DNA of 64,000 bases from assembly GCA_025558095.1 (NCBI GenBank), contig JAIVFI010000006.1:806001-870000 (forward strand), read 5' to 3'. The notes beneath the pieces are model-generated. The model had not been told where the DNA came from. It made no database searches and saw only the letters and a program-made list of their open reading frames with translations. This stretch comes from Hyaloraphidium curvatum SAG 235-1. Taxonomy: Eukaryota > Fungi > Monoblepharomycota. Positions 43,024 through 54,586 of the stretch are shown here, one piece after another. Position numbers and translations under genes: made by a program. Numbering within the stretch: position 1 is the stretch's first letter; each line of letters opens with the position of its first letter.

Positions 43024-43848
43024 TCAGTCGCTGCCGCACCACTTCCACTGGATGTGCCACTTCTTCTCCACCTTGAAGTCGGTCGAGTCGGTCGTCAGCA
43101 GGGCCTTCTTGTGCGCGTCGCCGCCCCTGTGACGAACAGCAAATCAGCGATCGGCCGGGGAATCGTGCGGCGAGAGAAGCCCACCAGACCGAGACCTCCT
43201 CCTTGATCTGCAGGTTGCGCTTGGCGCCGCACGGGCACCACACGAGCTGGGCGCTTTCGGCGTGGTCGCTGAAGAGGTAGTCGTCGTTGAAGGGGCCGGC
43301 GAAGTTGGTGGTGAAGGTGGCCTGGTCGGTCTCGCCTAAGGGGGAGGTCCGGAATCAGATCGCGGCGCACGAACGAAAGCGAACGATGAGACCGACCCTG
43401 GAAGTACAGCGTCGTCCTCTGCCTCCCATTGGTCCCCGCGTCCAGAGCCGCGAACCCTCTGGTGTCGACCTGGTACACCGCGAACGAGAGGCCCTGCGGG
43501 TACTTGAGCTTCACGCTGAGCTGGCAGAACTCGCGGCCCTGGGCGGGGGTGCCGGGGCTCTGGGCGGCGAAGTCGTCGTAGAGGACTGCAGAGAGAGAGA
43601 GAGAGAGGATGGTGAGCAGGCGATCGGGGGGAAGCGAGAAGAGGAGTACCGGTGAGGGCCTGCTTGTCGTCCGAGATGGAGACCGCGGCGGAGCCCCCGG
43701 GGCAGCCGCTGCCGCCGTAGGTCACGTCTTCGATGGAGATCTGATCGTAGGGGATAGCGGGCTGACGCTTGTCGAGCCCGACGACGGGCGAGGCGAGCGC
43801 GGAAGCGGCGAGCGCCAGGAGCGCGAGGGCAAGGGCGACGGGCTTCAT
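43024..43848 (-). CDS. Secreted DUF4360-like protein (multi-exon)
   Basis: Signal peptide plus KR site, VTYGGSGCPGGS, CQLSVKLKYPQG, VWCPCG and C-terminal HIQWKWC. Confidence 0.82.
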
Positions 43849-44395
43849 GGCGGGCGGTGACGTGGAAAGGAGCGCGGGTGCCGATGTTCGGAGCTTAATG
43901 GCGGGGCGAACGTCGTTGGCCTGTTCCCTTTTATTCAGAACGCGAACGCAGCGGCGATGCCAGCGCATGCATCTGGGATTTCGGGGAAGCACAGCCGACG
44001 CGGGATGCTGCACAACCGCAGCGTGCAGCATGTCATCACATCACATGGCATTCGGGGTTACGTGCATCTTTTGTTGCGCCATGCTGCTTGTCGACGGCCA
44101 CCTGCCGATGGCCCCGGTCCCATAGCAGGTAGACAATTGGGGCGATCGGCCGCCGGCCCGTACTAAGGCGATGAGCTGGGGCACGGCGCGGTCAACCCCG
44201 GTCAACGACGGATCGCTCAAAGAAGCGCCAAAAGAATAATGGAAGACGATTATTCTACATATCCGTGTGACCGCCAGCTTGCTGCCTTTGCATCCGTGCG
44301 TCAGGGTTGGCCGGTGGGTGGGGGACGGAATCTCGGGGTCCTCCGCCTGTCCGACTCCCGACCGCCTCCCGCTGCCCGACCGCATCGCGGCGCCG

Positions 44396-46336
44396 ATGTG
44401 GAAGTCCAAATCGACGCCGTCGTCCGACGCCACGCCGGCGCAGCGGCTCGAGATGGAGATGCTCGCGGCGGTCAAGGCGGCCAACGCCGACATCCTGCGC
44501 GGCTACGCGCTGCGGTTCGACGCGCCGCTCGACCACGCCGACCCCGACGACGGCCAGACGCTGCTGATCAAGGCGGCGATCCACGAGAAGGGGCTGGAGC
44601 ACCGCGTCTCCCTCTGCCGCATCCTGCTCGAGAAGGGCGCGAACCCCGACGGCAAGGCAAAGAACAAGAACGCGCAGACGCCGCTCATGTACGCCGCCTC
44701 GATGCCCGCCTACAACGTGCCCGTGCTGCGGCTGCTGCTCGACTACGGCGCGGACATCGACGCCCTGTCGGGCCAGGGCCACACGGCCATCTCGGTCGCC
44801 GCCTACCTGGGCCACGAGTCCAACGTGCGCTTCCTGCTGCGCGAGGGCGCCGACATCGCCGTCAAGGACGGCCAGGGGAAGACCGCCACGGACTGGGCCC
44901 GCGACAAGGAGCGGCACAAGATCGTGTCGATCATCGAGAAGAGCGAGCAGACCCGGTTCGCCAACATCGAGCGGCGCCTGCGGTCGCTCGAGACCAGCCT
45001 GGGCCGCTCCTCCTCCACCACGCCGGCCACCCTCTCCTCGGGACCCTACGCCATCCAGGCGGAGAAGGAGGGCGTCGACGGCGAGGGCGGCCCCGGCGAG
45101 GCCCCCGCCAACTACTCCCCCATCCCCACCAACATCTCCAGCATCGCCCAGATCCCCGAGCTGATCCTCATGGAGGCCCGCATCGAGGAGCTCGAGCGCC
45201 GCGTCGCGCAGCTGATGACGCAGGACTTTACCAAGGCCCCCAACACCTCGGCCGAGCTGTCTGGCCTGTTCACGGGGATCGTGGGGCTGGAGAACGTCAA
45301 GAAGCAGCTCGAGACGTTCCTCCGCAGCGTCAAGATGGACGTGCAGCGCAAGAAGGAAGGGTTCAAGACAAAGGAGGACAAGTCGGTCCACATGGTGTTC
45401 ATGGGCAACCCGGGGACGGGCAAGACCACCGTCGCGAGGTTGGCGAGCTCCCTCTTCCATCCCCGGGATCGGCTGACCCCGTCATTCACAGAGTCGTCGT
45501 CGAGGGCCTCAAGAAGATTGGGATCCTAAAGCCTACCGCCCCCTTCCTCGAGCTTCAGCGCGAGGACCTCGTCGCCTCGTACATGGGCCAGACCGGCGCC
45601 AAGGTCAAGGCGCACTTCGACGGCGCCAAGGGCGGCGTGATCTTTATCGACGAGGCGTACCGCCTGTGGCGCGGCGAGGGCGGCGGGGGCGGGGACACGG
45701 GAGGAGGGGACTATGGCCGCGAGGCGCTCGAGGCGATCATGGCGCAGATGACGAGCCAGAACAACAGCATCGTGTTCATCTTTGCGGGGTACCCGGCGGA
45801 GATGCAGGTGGGTTGGAGCCGGGCTTGGGAGGTGTCGGGTCGAGATCACTGATTGATCTCCGCAGCGCTTCCTCGACGCCAACCCCGGTCTGCGGCGGCG
45901 GATCCCCTACGTCTTCAGTCTGTAGCCACTCCCCGCGGTTTCTACCGCTCGGCTGACCCATGTGCCGCCCGCAGCCTTCGACGACTACCGCCCCATCGAC
46001 CTCGCCGAGATCTTCATCCGCTGCGCGGCCAAGAACGGCTTCAAGGTCGCCCCCGAGCTGCGCGAAGCGCTCCCGGACATCTTCGAACACTCGTTCAGCA
46101 AGGAGCAGCGGTCCCGCGCCAACGGCGGGCTGTCGGAGCGGCTGTTCAGCTACGCGAAGCAGGACCTCGACCAGGTGGGCGGCATCTGGCGGATCGGGAG
46201 GGGACGGAGCTGACCGGATTGCTGTCGCGCGCCTCAGAACCTGGATGAGGAGGCGACGGGGGAGCAGCTGGTTACGATCGGCAAGGAGAACGTCGAGAAG
46301 GCGGTGGAGGTGATGAACGAGCTCGGGGCGCTCTAG
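44396..46336 (+). CDS. Ankyrin-repeat + CbbX/SpoVK-like AAA+ ATPase (multi-exon)
   Basis: Ankyrin repeats (GQTLLIKAA, QTPLMYAA, GHTAISVAA), coiled coil, IVGLENVK, HMVFMGNPGTGKT, FIDEAY, FAGYP and NPGLRRRIP. Confidence 0.88.
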
Positions 46337-46568
46337 TGGCTGGTTGCGGCCGGGCGCCGACCGCCACGGTACCAGAAGCGGATAAGGTGAGAGTGCTCCG
46401 GTGTGGCCGAGGCGCCGCCGAGGCTGACTTTCCGACCTCTCGGCCGGCATCGCTTGAACCCGTCCGGACAAGGCCAAGCAGAACATTCGCCCTCGACGGC
46501 GCTGCTCGACCGCGTCTGAATCAGTCCTTTGGAGACTTCTGACCTGAAACCGGCTGCGGACCGCCGAC

Positions 46569-48291
46569 ATGTCTCTCGCCATCGCCACCGCGACGGTGGG
46601 CGGAGAGCTCCGGCAGCACTTTGATGGCTGGGGCACCACCATGTGCTGGTGGGCCGGCCAGGTCGGCTCGTGGTCGCCGGCAAAGATGAAGGAGATCCTC
46701 GACCTCTGCTTCTCCAAGAACGGGCTCAACCTGAGCATCGTGAGGTTCAACATCGGCGGCGGCGAGAACCCGCAGTGCCCGTTCGGGGCCGGGCACATGT
46801 TCGAGGCCAGAGACATGCCCGGGTACGCTTCGGCCATGACCAAGACCAAGTCGGGGGCGGACTTCACCTGGACGTTCGACAGGGACAAGGCGCAGCAGAA
46901 CGTGCTCCTCTACCTTCTGAAGGAGACCGCGGCCGGAAACTACCGCGTCAACTACCTCGAGGCCTTCAACAACTCGCCGCCCTACTTCATGACCAAATCG
47001 CAGTGCGCGTCCGGGTCCAAGAACGGGGACAGCGACAACCTGCCGGACGACAACTACGCCGCGTTCGCGGACTACGTCGTGGGGGTTCTCAAGTGGTTCC
47101 GCGACACGCACAAGGTCGAGTTCAACTCGCTCTCGCCCTTCAACGAGCCGTCGAGCTGGTGGTGGAAGGCCGGCGGATCCCAGGAGGGCTGCGCCATGTC
47201 GATCAAGGCCCAGGAAAAGATCTTGCCGCTCTTGGACCAGAAGCTGCACGAGGCCGGGCTGACCAAGACAGAGCTGATTGCCAGCGACGATAACTGTGTC
47301 GATGATTGCTATGGTTGGCCAACGTTCCGCGGCTGCTCTAGCCGAATTGACTGACGTGATACCCTCCGTTTGCCAGACACTTACTTCCGCGGCGCCGAGC
47401 TCGATTTCAAGACCAAATCCGGCGGGGGCCTCAAGCGCATCAACACCCACACCTACGCCGGCGAAAGCATCCCCGCCAAGGACCGCATCGAGCTCTTCCT
47501 GGACAACAAGATCCAGGGGCGCAAGCTATGGATGAGCGAGTACTCGTCGGGTGGCCTGGGACAGCACCACGGCACGTCGATGGACGGCGCGATCCCGCTG
47601 GCAAAGACCATCATGCAGGACCTGAAGTACCTGGGCGTGGAGGCGTGGATCGTCTGGCAGGTGATCGAGGGGTGGAAGGAGAACGTACGGATCAACCAAA
47701 ACGTAGGTTTCCGGCGGGCGGGCTTTGATCCCCCGCCGACTTCCTTCGATCCAGTGGGGCTGCATCTGGGCCGTCTACTCGGACTTCCCGGTTGGCAACG
47801 AGGTCTACCAGCGTGAACGTTACCACGCCTCGAAGCAGTACTGGGTGCTCAAGCAGTACGCCCACTTCATCCAGCCGGGCTCGACCATCATCACGGTCCC
47901 CATCCAGCCCGACCCCAACAACGAGGAGATCTCGGCCATCGGCGCCGTCAATCCCGACGGCACCGTCATCGTGGTCGCGCACAACCTGACTGGAGCGGAC
48001 TTCCCGGTCATTTTCGACCTCGGACCGCGGTTCCAGGTCGCGGACAAGAACGTCGAGCGGTTCCGCACCGGCGACGAGGAGTACTGCCAGGCCGTGCCCG
48101 GCGTCGTGATCCAGGGGACATCGTTCATGGACTCGCTTCCGAAGCGGACGGTGACGACGTACCGGATCCGGGCAACCCCGGTGCAGGGTCAGATCCCGGC
48201 GTTCAACCCGGAGCTGAGCAAGTCGCAGCGGAAGGAGCTGAAGAGGCAGGAGAAGAAGCAGAAGAAGGCGCAGGAGAAGAACAGGCAGTGA
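46569..48291 (+). CDS. Glycoside hydrolase family 30 (endo-beta-1,6-galactanase-like), no signal peptide
   Basis: FDGWGTTMCWWA, LSIVRFNIGGG, EAFNNSPPYFMT, PFNEP (acid/base), INTHTY, WMSEY (nucleophile), QYAHFIQPG. Two introns. Confidence 0.85.
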
Positions 48292-48332
48292 TGCAGTTAT
48301 GAATGACCGCGATGTTGAACGGAAGAAGTCGC

Positions 48333-49754
48333 TCATGCTCCATGCCCGTTCGCCGAGCCCGCGAGCCCCTCCGCGATCCCATCGATGACCGGCAGCACCG
48401 CCCGCACGTCCTCCTCCGTGGTCCTGTAGTTGACGAAGCACACCCGCATGCACGTCGCCCCGTCCACCACTGCGGGGGCGAGGAACACCCTCCCGTCCAC
48501 CTGAACCGCTGTCGCCAGGCGGGCGTTGAACGAATCGACGTCGCCGCTGCCTGCGCATATGTGGCGGAAGCAGATGGTGGAGAGCTGCGGCTCGTGCAAC
48601 AGCTCGAAGGACGGATGCGCGCGCACGGAATCGGCAAACAGCCTCGCGTTGTCGAGGGTGCGGTCGATCCATCGCCTGTACTGGTCGGCACCGTACAACC
48701 TTAAGGCCAGCCACAGCTTGAGTGCGCGGAAGGGCCGCGAGTACTCGAGCGTGCGGTCCACGGCGTTGACGGTGTCGGGCTTGTGCAGCATGTACTTCTC
48801 GTCGTGGGCGAATGCGCGGAGGAGGGAGGACGCGTCGCGGACCATGACGAGGCTGCAGCTCTTTTGCAGGCCCATCCACTTGTGCAGGTCCACGGTGACG
48901 GAGTCGGCGCGGTCGAGCCCGCGGAAGAGGGGAGCGGCGCGCTTGGTGGCAGCTGCTGGCAGGCCGTAGGCGCCGTCGACGTGCAGCCAGACCCCGAACT
49001 CGGCGCACACGTCGGCGATGGCGTTCAGCGGGTCGACGGCGCCGGTGAGGGTGGTGCCCGACGTAGCGATCACGGCGACCGGAGTGATCCCGGAGGCCAC
49101 GTCTCTCGCGAGAGCTTTCTTCAGCTTCGCGACGTCCATGCGGCGGGAGCCGTCGATCGGGATGCGGCGCACGGCGTTACGTCCAAGGCCAGCGGTCTCG
49201 ACAGCGCGAACGTTCGAGTGGTGGGCCTCGTCAGAGCAGTACACGGCGGCCTTTGAGCCTCCGACACCGTCAATCCGCGATCCCGGAATCGCCCGTTCCC
49301 TCGCCGCGAGCACGGCGGTCAGGTTCGACGTCTGCCCGCCGCTTGTAAAGTGCCCGTCGGCCGCGGGGTACCCGATGAACTCGGCCATCCACCGCACGGC
49401 CTGCGCGTCGAGCTTCTCGGCGGTGCCCGCGGCGGTGGCGAGGTTCACGTCGTACACGGCCCCCAGCGCTGCGGCGAGCACGCCGGCCTCGAGCCCCGAG
49501 GAGCCGATGTACGCCAAATAGAGCGGGCGCGACGGCGACACCGACGCCTCGAGCGCGGCCACCGCGTCGCGCAAGGCCGCGTGGCTGTCCCCCGGCGCCT
49601 CCGGCAATGGGTCCGAGAAGTGCGCGACCAGCGCTCCTTCGGGCGTCGGCTCGGCCGGCCGCGGGTGGTTGAACGACGCCCACGCGCCCTCAATGTAGCG
49701 CTCGAGCTCATCGAGGAGCGTTGCACGACCGTCCAAGTGCTCGCTCGTCGCCAT
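48333..49754 (-). CDS. Group II PLP-dependent (aromatic) amino-acid decarboxylase, intronless, bacterial-like
   Basis: FTSGGQTSN, AHHS, GTTLTGAVDPL, WLHVDGAYG, DLHKW (PLP lysine), SRPFRALKLW. Confidence 0.92.
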   Translation of the reverse strand: MATSEHLDGRATLLDELERYIEGAWASFNHPRPAEPTPEGALVAHFSDPLPEAPGDSHAALRDAVAALEASVSPSRPLYLAYIGSSGLEAGVLAAALGAVYDVNLATAAGTAEKLDAQAVRWMAEFIGYPAADGHFTSGGQTSNLTAVLAARERAIPGSRIDGVGGSKAAVYCSDEAHHSNVRAVETAGLGRNAVRRIPIDGSRRMDVAKLKKALARDVASGITPVAVIATSGTTLTGAVDPLNAIADVCAEFGVWLHVDGAYGLPAAATKRAAPLFRGLDRADSVTVDLHKWMGLQKSCSLVMVRDASSLLRAFAHDEKYMLHKPDTVNAVDRTLEYSRPFRALKLWLALRLYGADQYRRWIDRTLDNARLFADSVRAHPSFELLHEPQLSTICFRHICAGSGDVDSFNARLATAVQVDGRVFLAPAVVDGATCMRVCFVNYRTTEEDVRAVLPVIDGIAEGLAGSANGHGA

Positions 49755-50213
49755 CGCTCTTGGCGCCGGAAGGAAGGCTGGGTTGCTGGACCCCGGAATT
49801 GTGGCAAGGAGGTGCGCGGTGCAGGCGAGTCATCCGTCGATCAAATGAAATCGGACGAGCACTTGCATTCTTGAGCTTTCGAACGGATGCTCTCTGCCGG
49901 TCATGATGATAGCCGGCAGGACTGCTCTTTGGCCGCCGGGAGGAGTGAGAAACTTTGCCTTCATTCGCGACTTTCACCGCGGCAGCCCGAAACCGTATCA
50001 AGGAACATGGGCACATAAACAAGGGAGAAGAGCATGAAGTAGATGGTTTCGCTGCCTACGAATCGGGGGCCGCGAAGGCGTTGGCTCTGAGTATGATCGT
50101 CGCCAGGTTCTGTAGGTTGACCCGTCCTCTATTCCCTCGCGTCTCCTGATAGAGAAGCGCAAGCCGGCACCTCGTCGGAGGACGGCCACGCGTCCGGCCT
50201 TCCCGGATCGCCG

Positions 50214-51500
50214 ATGTTGGCCTTCCTGTCCCGCCCGGGCGGCGTCAAGGACAACCCGCAGCCGCTGCTCCCCGCGCCGGTTAGCGCGGAAACACGCCGC
50301 CGCCGCCGCGTCCGACCCGCGTTTGTCGCGTTCCTCGTGCTCTCCTTTTTCCTGGCGACGGTATACTACCGCTCGATGGAGTCCCCGTTGCCGGTGGACG
50401 TCGCGGACAACGCGTCGGCCCCCGCCCGACTGGACCCGGAGCTCGCCAAGTACCCGGTGGACTACCGCGCCCACGTGTTCTATTACTCGTGGTACGGCAA
50501 CCCCGAGAACAACGGCAAGTGGGTACACTGGAACCACCGCGTGCTGGTGGACAACGGCACGTCCTACGAGCCGCCCGGCGCCATCGGCTCGACCTTCTGG
50601 CCCGCGCTGGGGCCCTACTCGTCGACGTCGCCTTCCACCGTGAAGGAGCACTTTCGCGCGATCAGGAAGGCGGGGATCGGGACGGTGTGCCTGACGTGGT
50701 GGGGCCGCGGCGAGTCGGACGAGAACGGGGAGAGGGGCATGACGGACGCCGTGCTCCCGCTGCTGTTCCGCACGGCCAAGGAAACCGGGCTGCGGATCTC
50801 GTTCCACGTGGAGCCGTACCCGGGGCGGACCGCCAAGTCGGTCGAGCAGGACGTGGCTGACCTGCTGTCCCGGTTCGCGGAATGGGGCAGCGTGCTGGAG
50901 CCCGTGTTCTTTGTCTACGACAGCTACCTCATCTCCAAGGAGAACTGGGCGGCGGTGCTCGCGCCGGGCACCCCGCTCCGCCGCCACCCGCGGAAACCGG
51001 TGCTCCTCGGCCTCGTGGTGAACCAGCCGGACCTCGCAGCCATCGAGCAGGCCGGGTGGGACGGCGCCTACACCTACTTCGCCTCCCACACCTTTGTTTG
51101 GGGCTCCAACCCCCAGAACTGGGCCGCCATCGCCTCCTGGGCCTCCCGCGCGGGCCGCATCTTCGTGCCCAGCGTCGGACCGGGGTACGACGACGAGCGC
51201 GTCAGGCCGTGGAACTCGCGCAACACGCGGCCGCGCGAGGGCGGGGCGTACTACGACCGCGGGTGGGAGGCGGTGCTTGCCCTGGACCCGCTGCCCAAGG
51301 TGGTCTCGGTGACGTCGTGGAACGAGTGGCACGAGGGGACGCAGATCGAGCCGGCGGTGCCGCACGTGGGGGGGAACGGGTACAGGTACGAGGACTACGA
51401 GAAGGACGGGGACGGGAAGGGGGAGGCAGGGGAGGTGTACCTGCGGAGGACGAGGAAGTGGATCGAAAAGTGGAGCAGGGCGGTCGGGCCAGCGAGCTAG
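50214..51500 (+). CDS. GH99 glycoprotein endo-alpha-1,2-mannosidase-like, type II membrane, intronless
   Basis: TM anchor, HVFYYSWYGNP, WNH, PALGPYSS, FHVEPY, YDSY, YTYFA, PSVGPGYDDERVRPWN, TSWNEWHEGTQIEPA. Confidence 0.92.
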   Translation: MLAFLSRPGGVKDNPQPLLPAPVSAETRRRRRVRPAFVAFLVLSFFLATVYYRSMESPLPVDVADNASAPARLDPELAKYPVDYRAHVFYYSWYGNPENNGKWVHWNHRVLVDNGTSYEPPGAIGSTFWPALGPYSSTSPSTVKEHFRAIRKAGIGTVCLTWWGRGESDENGERGMTDAVLPLLFRTAKETGLRISFHVEPYPGRTAKSVEQDVADLLSRFAEWGSVLEPVFFVYDSYLISKENWAAVLAPGTPLRRHPRKPVLLGLVVNQPDLAAIEQAGWDGAYTYFASHTFVWGSNPQNWAAIASWASRAGRIFVPSVGPGYDDERVRPWNSRNTRPREGGAYYDRGWEAVLALDPLPKVVSVTSWNEWHEGTQIEPAVPHVGGNGYRYEDYEKDGDGKGEAGEVYLRRTRKWIEKWSRAVGPAS

Positions 51501-51585
51501 GTGATCTCCGTTGTGTTCTTTGTAGTCTGGCTGCCCACAGAGCGCAACGGCAGACGGTGACTAATGGTCCGCCGTGTGAACAACG

Positions 51586-52482
51586 TCAGCTCGGGTTGCG
51601 GACGATATCCGCGACGACGGCAAAGTGGTCCGACCGCGGCATCGGCGTGCCGTCCGCGAGGCCGACGTCGACGGGATCCATCATGGCCGGCGCAGCCCGC
51701 TCAATCGACAGCCCGGGTCCGGCAAACACGTGGTCCAGCGAGTTCTCGCCGTCCTCTGCATTCACCCACTTGTTCTTTGACGGCGAGCAGGTAGCAAACA
51801 AGCCCGTATCCGGGGCGCAAGAAAAGCCAGGTAGCGCGGCCAGCAATGCCCCCCAAATCTCGGCGTCGTGCCCATGGCCCGCTCCCGCACGGGGCGGACC
51901 GACATTAAGGTCCCCCGCGAGCACGACCGGCGCCCTCGGCAGGCCGCACGCGAACGCGCCCAGCTCCCTGATCTGCGACAGCCGCACCGCGCGGTTGTCG
52001 TTCCACGCGTAGGACGAGCACAGGTGCGTGTCGACCACCCACACGGGGCCGAAAGAGGGCACCTCGACCAGCGCGGCGACGGCAGATTTCCGCGCCGCGG
52101 CCTCGCCCTCCCTGAACACCTCCTTCCAGCTGCCGCGCGAGGAATACATCTTCCGGCGGACCTCCTTCACGGGGTGCTTCGACAAAACGAGCAGCCCCGA
52201 GTCCAGCGTCATGTGCCCGGCGCCGACGGTCTCCAGCGGTTTCCCAATCCAGTTGAGCCAGTGGCCCGCGAAGCTGTCCGCGTCTCCGACATGCGGCCAT
52301 CCCAGCGATTTGAACGCCGCCCTGCGACGCGACGGCCAGAGCTCCTGGAGCAGCACGACGTCGGGCCCGTCGGGGTCGCGTGCGAGGGCGGCGAGCGCGT
52401 CGGCGACGGCGTCGAGCCGCTTGGGACCACTCTTGACGCCGGGGACGTCCCAGACGTTCCAGGTCATTAGCTTTAGAGGCAT
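51586..52482 (-). CDS. Endonuclease/exonuclease/phosphatase (sphingomyelinase-like), intronless
   Basis: LMTWNV, VVLLQE, SGLLVLSKHP, THL, LAGDLN, LDHVF, SDHFAV. Confidence 0.88.
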   Translation of the reverse strand: MPLKLMTWNVWDVPGVKSGPKRLDAVADALAALARDPDGPDVVLLQELWPSRRRAAFKSLGWPHVGDADSFAGHWLNWIGKPLETVGAGHMTLDSGLLVLSKHPVKEVRRKMYSSRGSWKEVFREGEAAARKSAVAALVEVPSFGPVWVVDTHLCSSYAWNDNRAVRLSQIRELGAFACGLPRAPVVLAGDLNVGPPRAGAGHGHDAEIWGALLAALPGFSCAPDTGLFATCSPSKNKWVNAEDGENSLDHVFAGPGLSIERAAPAMMDPVDVGLADGTPMPRSDHFAVVADIVRNPS

Positions 52483-52639
52483 GCCGGGCCGGAATCGTGC
52501 CGAGCCGGCGTGGGGTTCCCACGCTCGATACACGTCCTGACGCCCACACTTCCTCCTGACGGCATATAATGTCTAGGGTATAATTTCGATCGCGGAAAAT
52601 GGTGATCAGTCCATGTAGTGGGTCCGGTGCACTTCGTCA

Positions 52640-54431
52640 CGCTGACGGCTTCGTCATCGCGTCCAGCTGCTCCGCACGAAGATGAACTGCGCGTAGTTGC
52701 ACATCGCATCCAGCTGGAACCTCAGAGACGCCTTGCCATGCGCGCCTCCCTATGGCCCCCGATCCACTAAGCGTCGCAATACCTCGCGATCCCGCACCGC
52801 TTGCGCGCCCGGAGCATGTCCTCGCACCGGCGGGCATGCGCATCACGTCTCGCACTGGTTCGCGACGTAGCCGAACATGGTGGCGTACATCGCCTTTAAC
52901 TGCTCCATCTCTTCACGTCTGAACCTCATCCGCTAGGATCGTTGGTTTCTCGAGCATGTTGCAGCTGGCCAGGTCCGTGCCCACCTCGTAGTAGACCCTA
53001 CTGGCAAACTGCTCGCCGACGGGAGTCGTGCACCACCGTTTGTGCACGAACAGGCGCTGCATGAGAAGACCGGCCCAGCCTCCGATGCTAGTGCCCGAGC
53101 CGCCGGCCTTCCGGCCTTGGTGCCACAAGACGTCGCAGGCCATCGCTTGCGATCCGATGGTGCTCAAGGCGTACCGGAGCTAGTCCAGGTTCGCGTCTAG
53201 CAGGATCGCCTCGAATGGTCTTTTAGCAGTGGTCCCCGTGGACCCGAATGGGGCCTGATCGATGGCAAGGAGGGCGCCCACCAACGGATGCGGATCCGGT
53301 GCCGACGCCAAAGACCGGAACTGACGACGAGTGCTCGCGGCGCAGGTAGCCCTCGTGGCAACGGTCGAAGAGGAGACGTGGTTCGGGTTCACGGCCGCAA
53401 CCAGAGGCATGAGATGTACGGGGTTGGGGTTTGGACGATGGGGCCGGTGAGAGCTAGGCGCTCTTTGGGAGCCCTAATTGGATAAGGTCTTGTCCGTTAG
53501 CAGGTGAGCTCCTTGATTCACGATGTCGGATCGGGGACGTGTCCATACCAGTCCATGTCCAACGCTCCGGCACCAGACCGGCCCCGGCCATTTTTGATCT
53601 GATCGAGCACGACGTCGATGCTTCCATTGTACTGATCAACAGTTGACAAAGATTGAAACGGACATCAAGACCATGAAAAGGACCAGCCATGAGAAACGTC
53701 CCTCATCCTCCAGCGCATCGTCCTCGGCAGTAGAAACCTTGAAGAGGCCATCAGCAAGCCAAACCATTGACCTGGTGAAGGAAGGGCCTACCTCACAGCT
53801 TGCGCTCGACAGTGCGCCCCGGCAAACCCTCCCGGAACTCGTCCCACTCAGAACCAAACTTCAGCTTCAGGACCTCCTCCAGGACACGTGTCTGGGCCTC
53901 GGCCTGTGCCCTCCTGACTGCCTCGTCCGCGCGGAGCTGTTCTGCCTTGACAGCCTGGTCAACACGGCGAGTTTCCGCCTTGGTGGCGCGTTAGCCCCAG
54001 AAGTTGCTAATGGGGGAATGCCGGTACTCACCTCCCGAAGCTCCGTCTCCTTGACGAGCCCCAAATGCTCTTCCCGGTCCGCGGCTTCACGCTGCAGTCT
54101 CTCTTCTCTTACAGCACTTTGGCGCTCCATTCGCTCTTCCCTCAATGAGGCAAGCAGGCCCGTAGACAGAGTACCTGGTGAACGCGTCGGTTCCAGATGC
54201 GACCAAGCGACCAGGCACCGAAGTGTCACCTGCGGCAAAAGTAACGCCAAGCAACGCAACCAAAAGCGTGCCACTCGAGAAGAAAGAATTTCGGAAACGC
54301 CGAGGCTCCTCGGCGCCTGCAGTTCCACCGGAAGGAACGGCCGAGCCCGCCGCGCGCTGCGAGCGGCGAAAGGTGCCACGGACTCGGGCGGTGGGGCTCA
54401 CGCGGCTCAGACGCGCGGCGTAGCGCGCCAT
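52640..54431 (-). pseudogene. Decayed coiled-coil-containing gene remnant in a lower-GC segment
   Basis: Intact-looking intron (GTGAGT..GCTAAC..AAG, ~53979-54031) joins E/R-rich coiled-coil exons. A long protein-like frame follows, broken by several TGA/TAG stops and at least one frameshift. Confidence 0.45.
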
Positions 54432-54586
54432 GGATGATGCCGTAGCCTCGGCGGAGGACAGGCAAGGTTGGCAGTTTCCGGCGTTTCGCCGTGTGGACGG
54501 TGACAAGTTGTTTTGTTGTCACTGGTGTCACCGGACACCGGTCGTGTAATGATCAAGCACAACGCGAATGAGGTTGAAGACTTTAG

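Noticed and set aside
52640-54431. Further Sec readthrough at the TGA codons in the decayed region
   Set aside because: Stops are mixed TGA/TAG with frameshifts, and no SECIS-like hairpin was seen.
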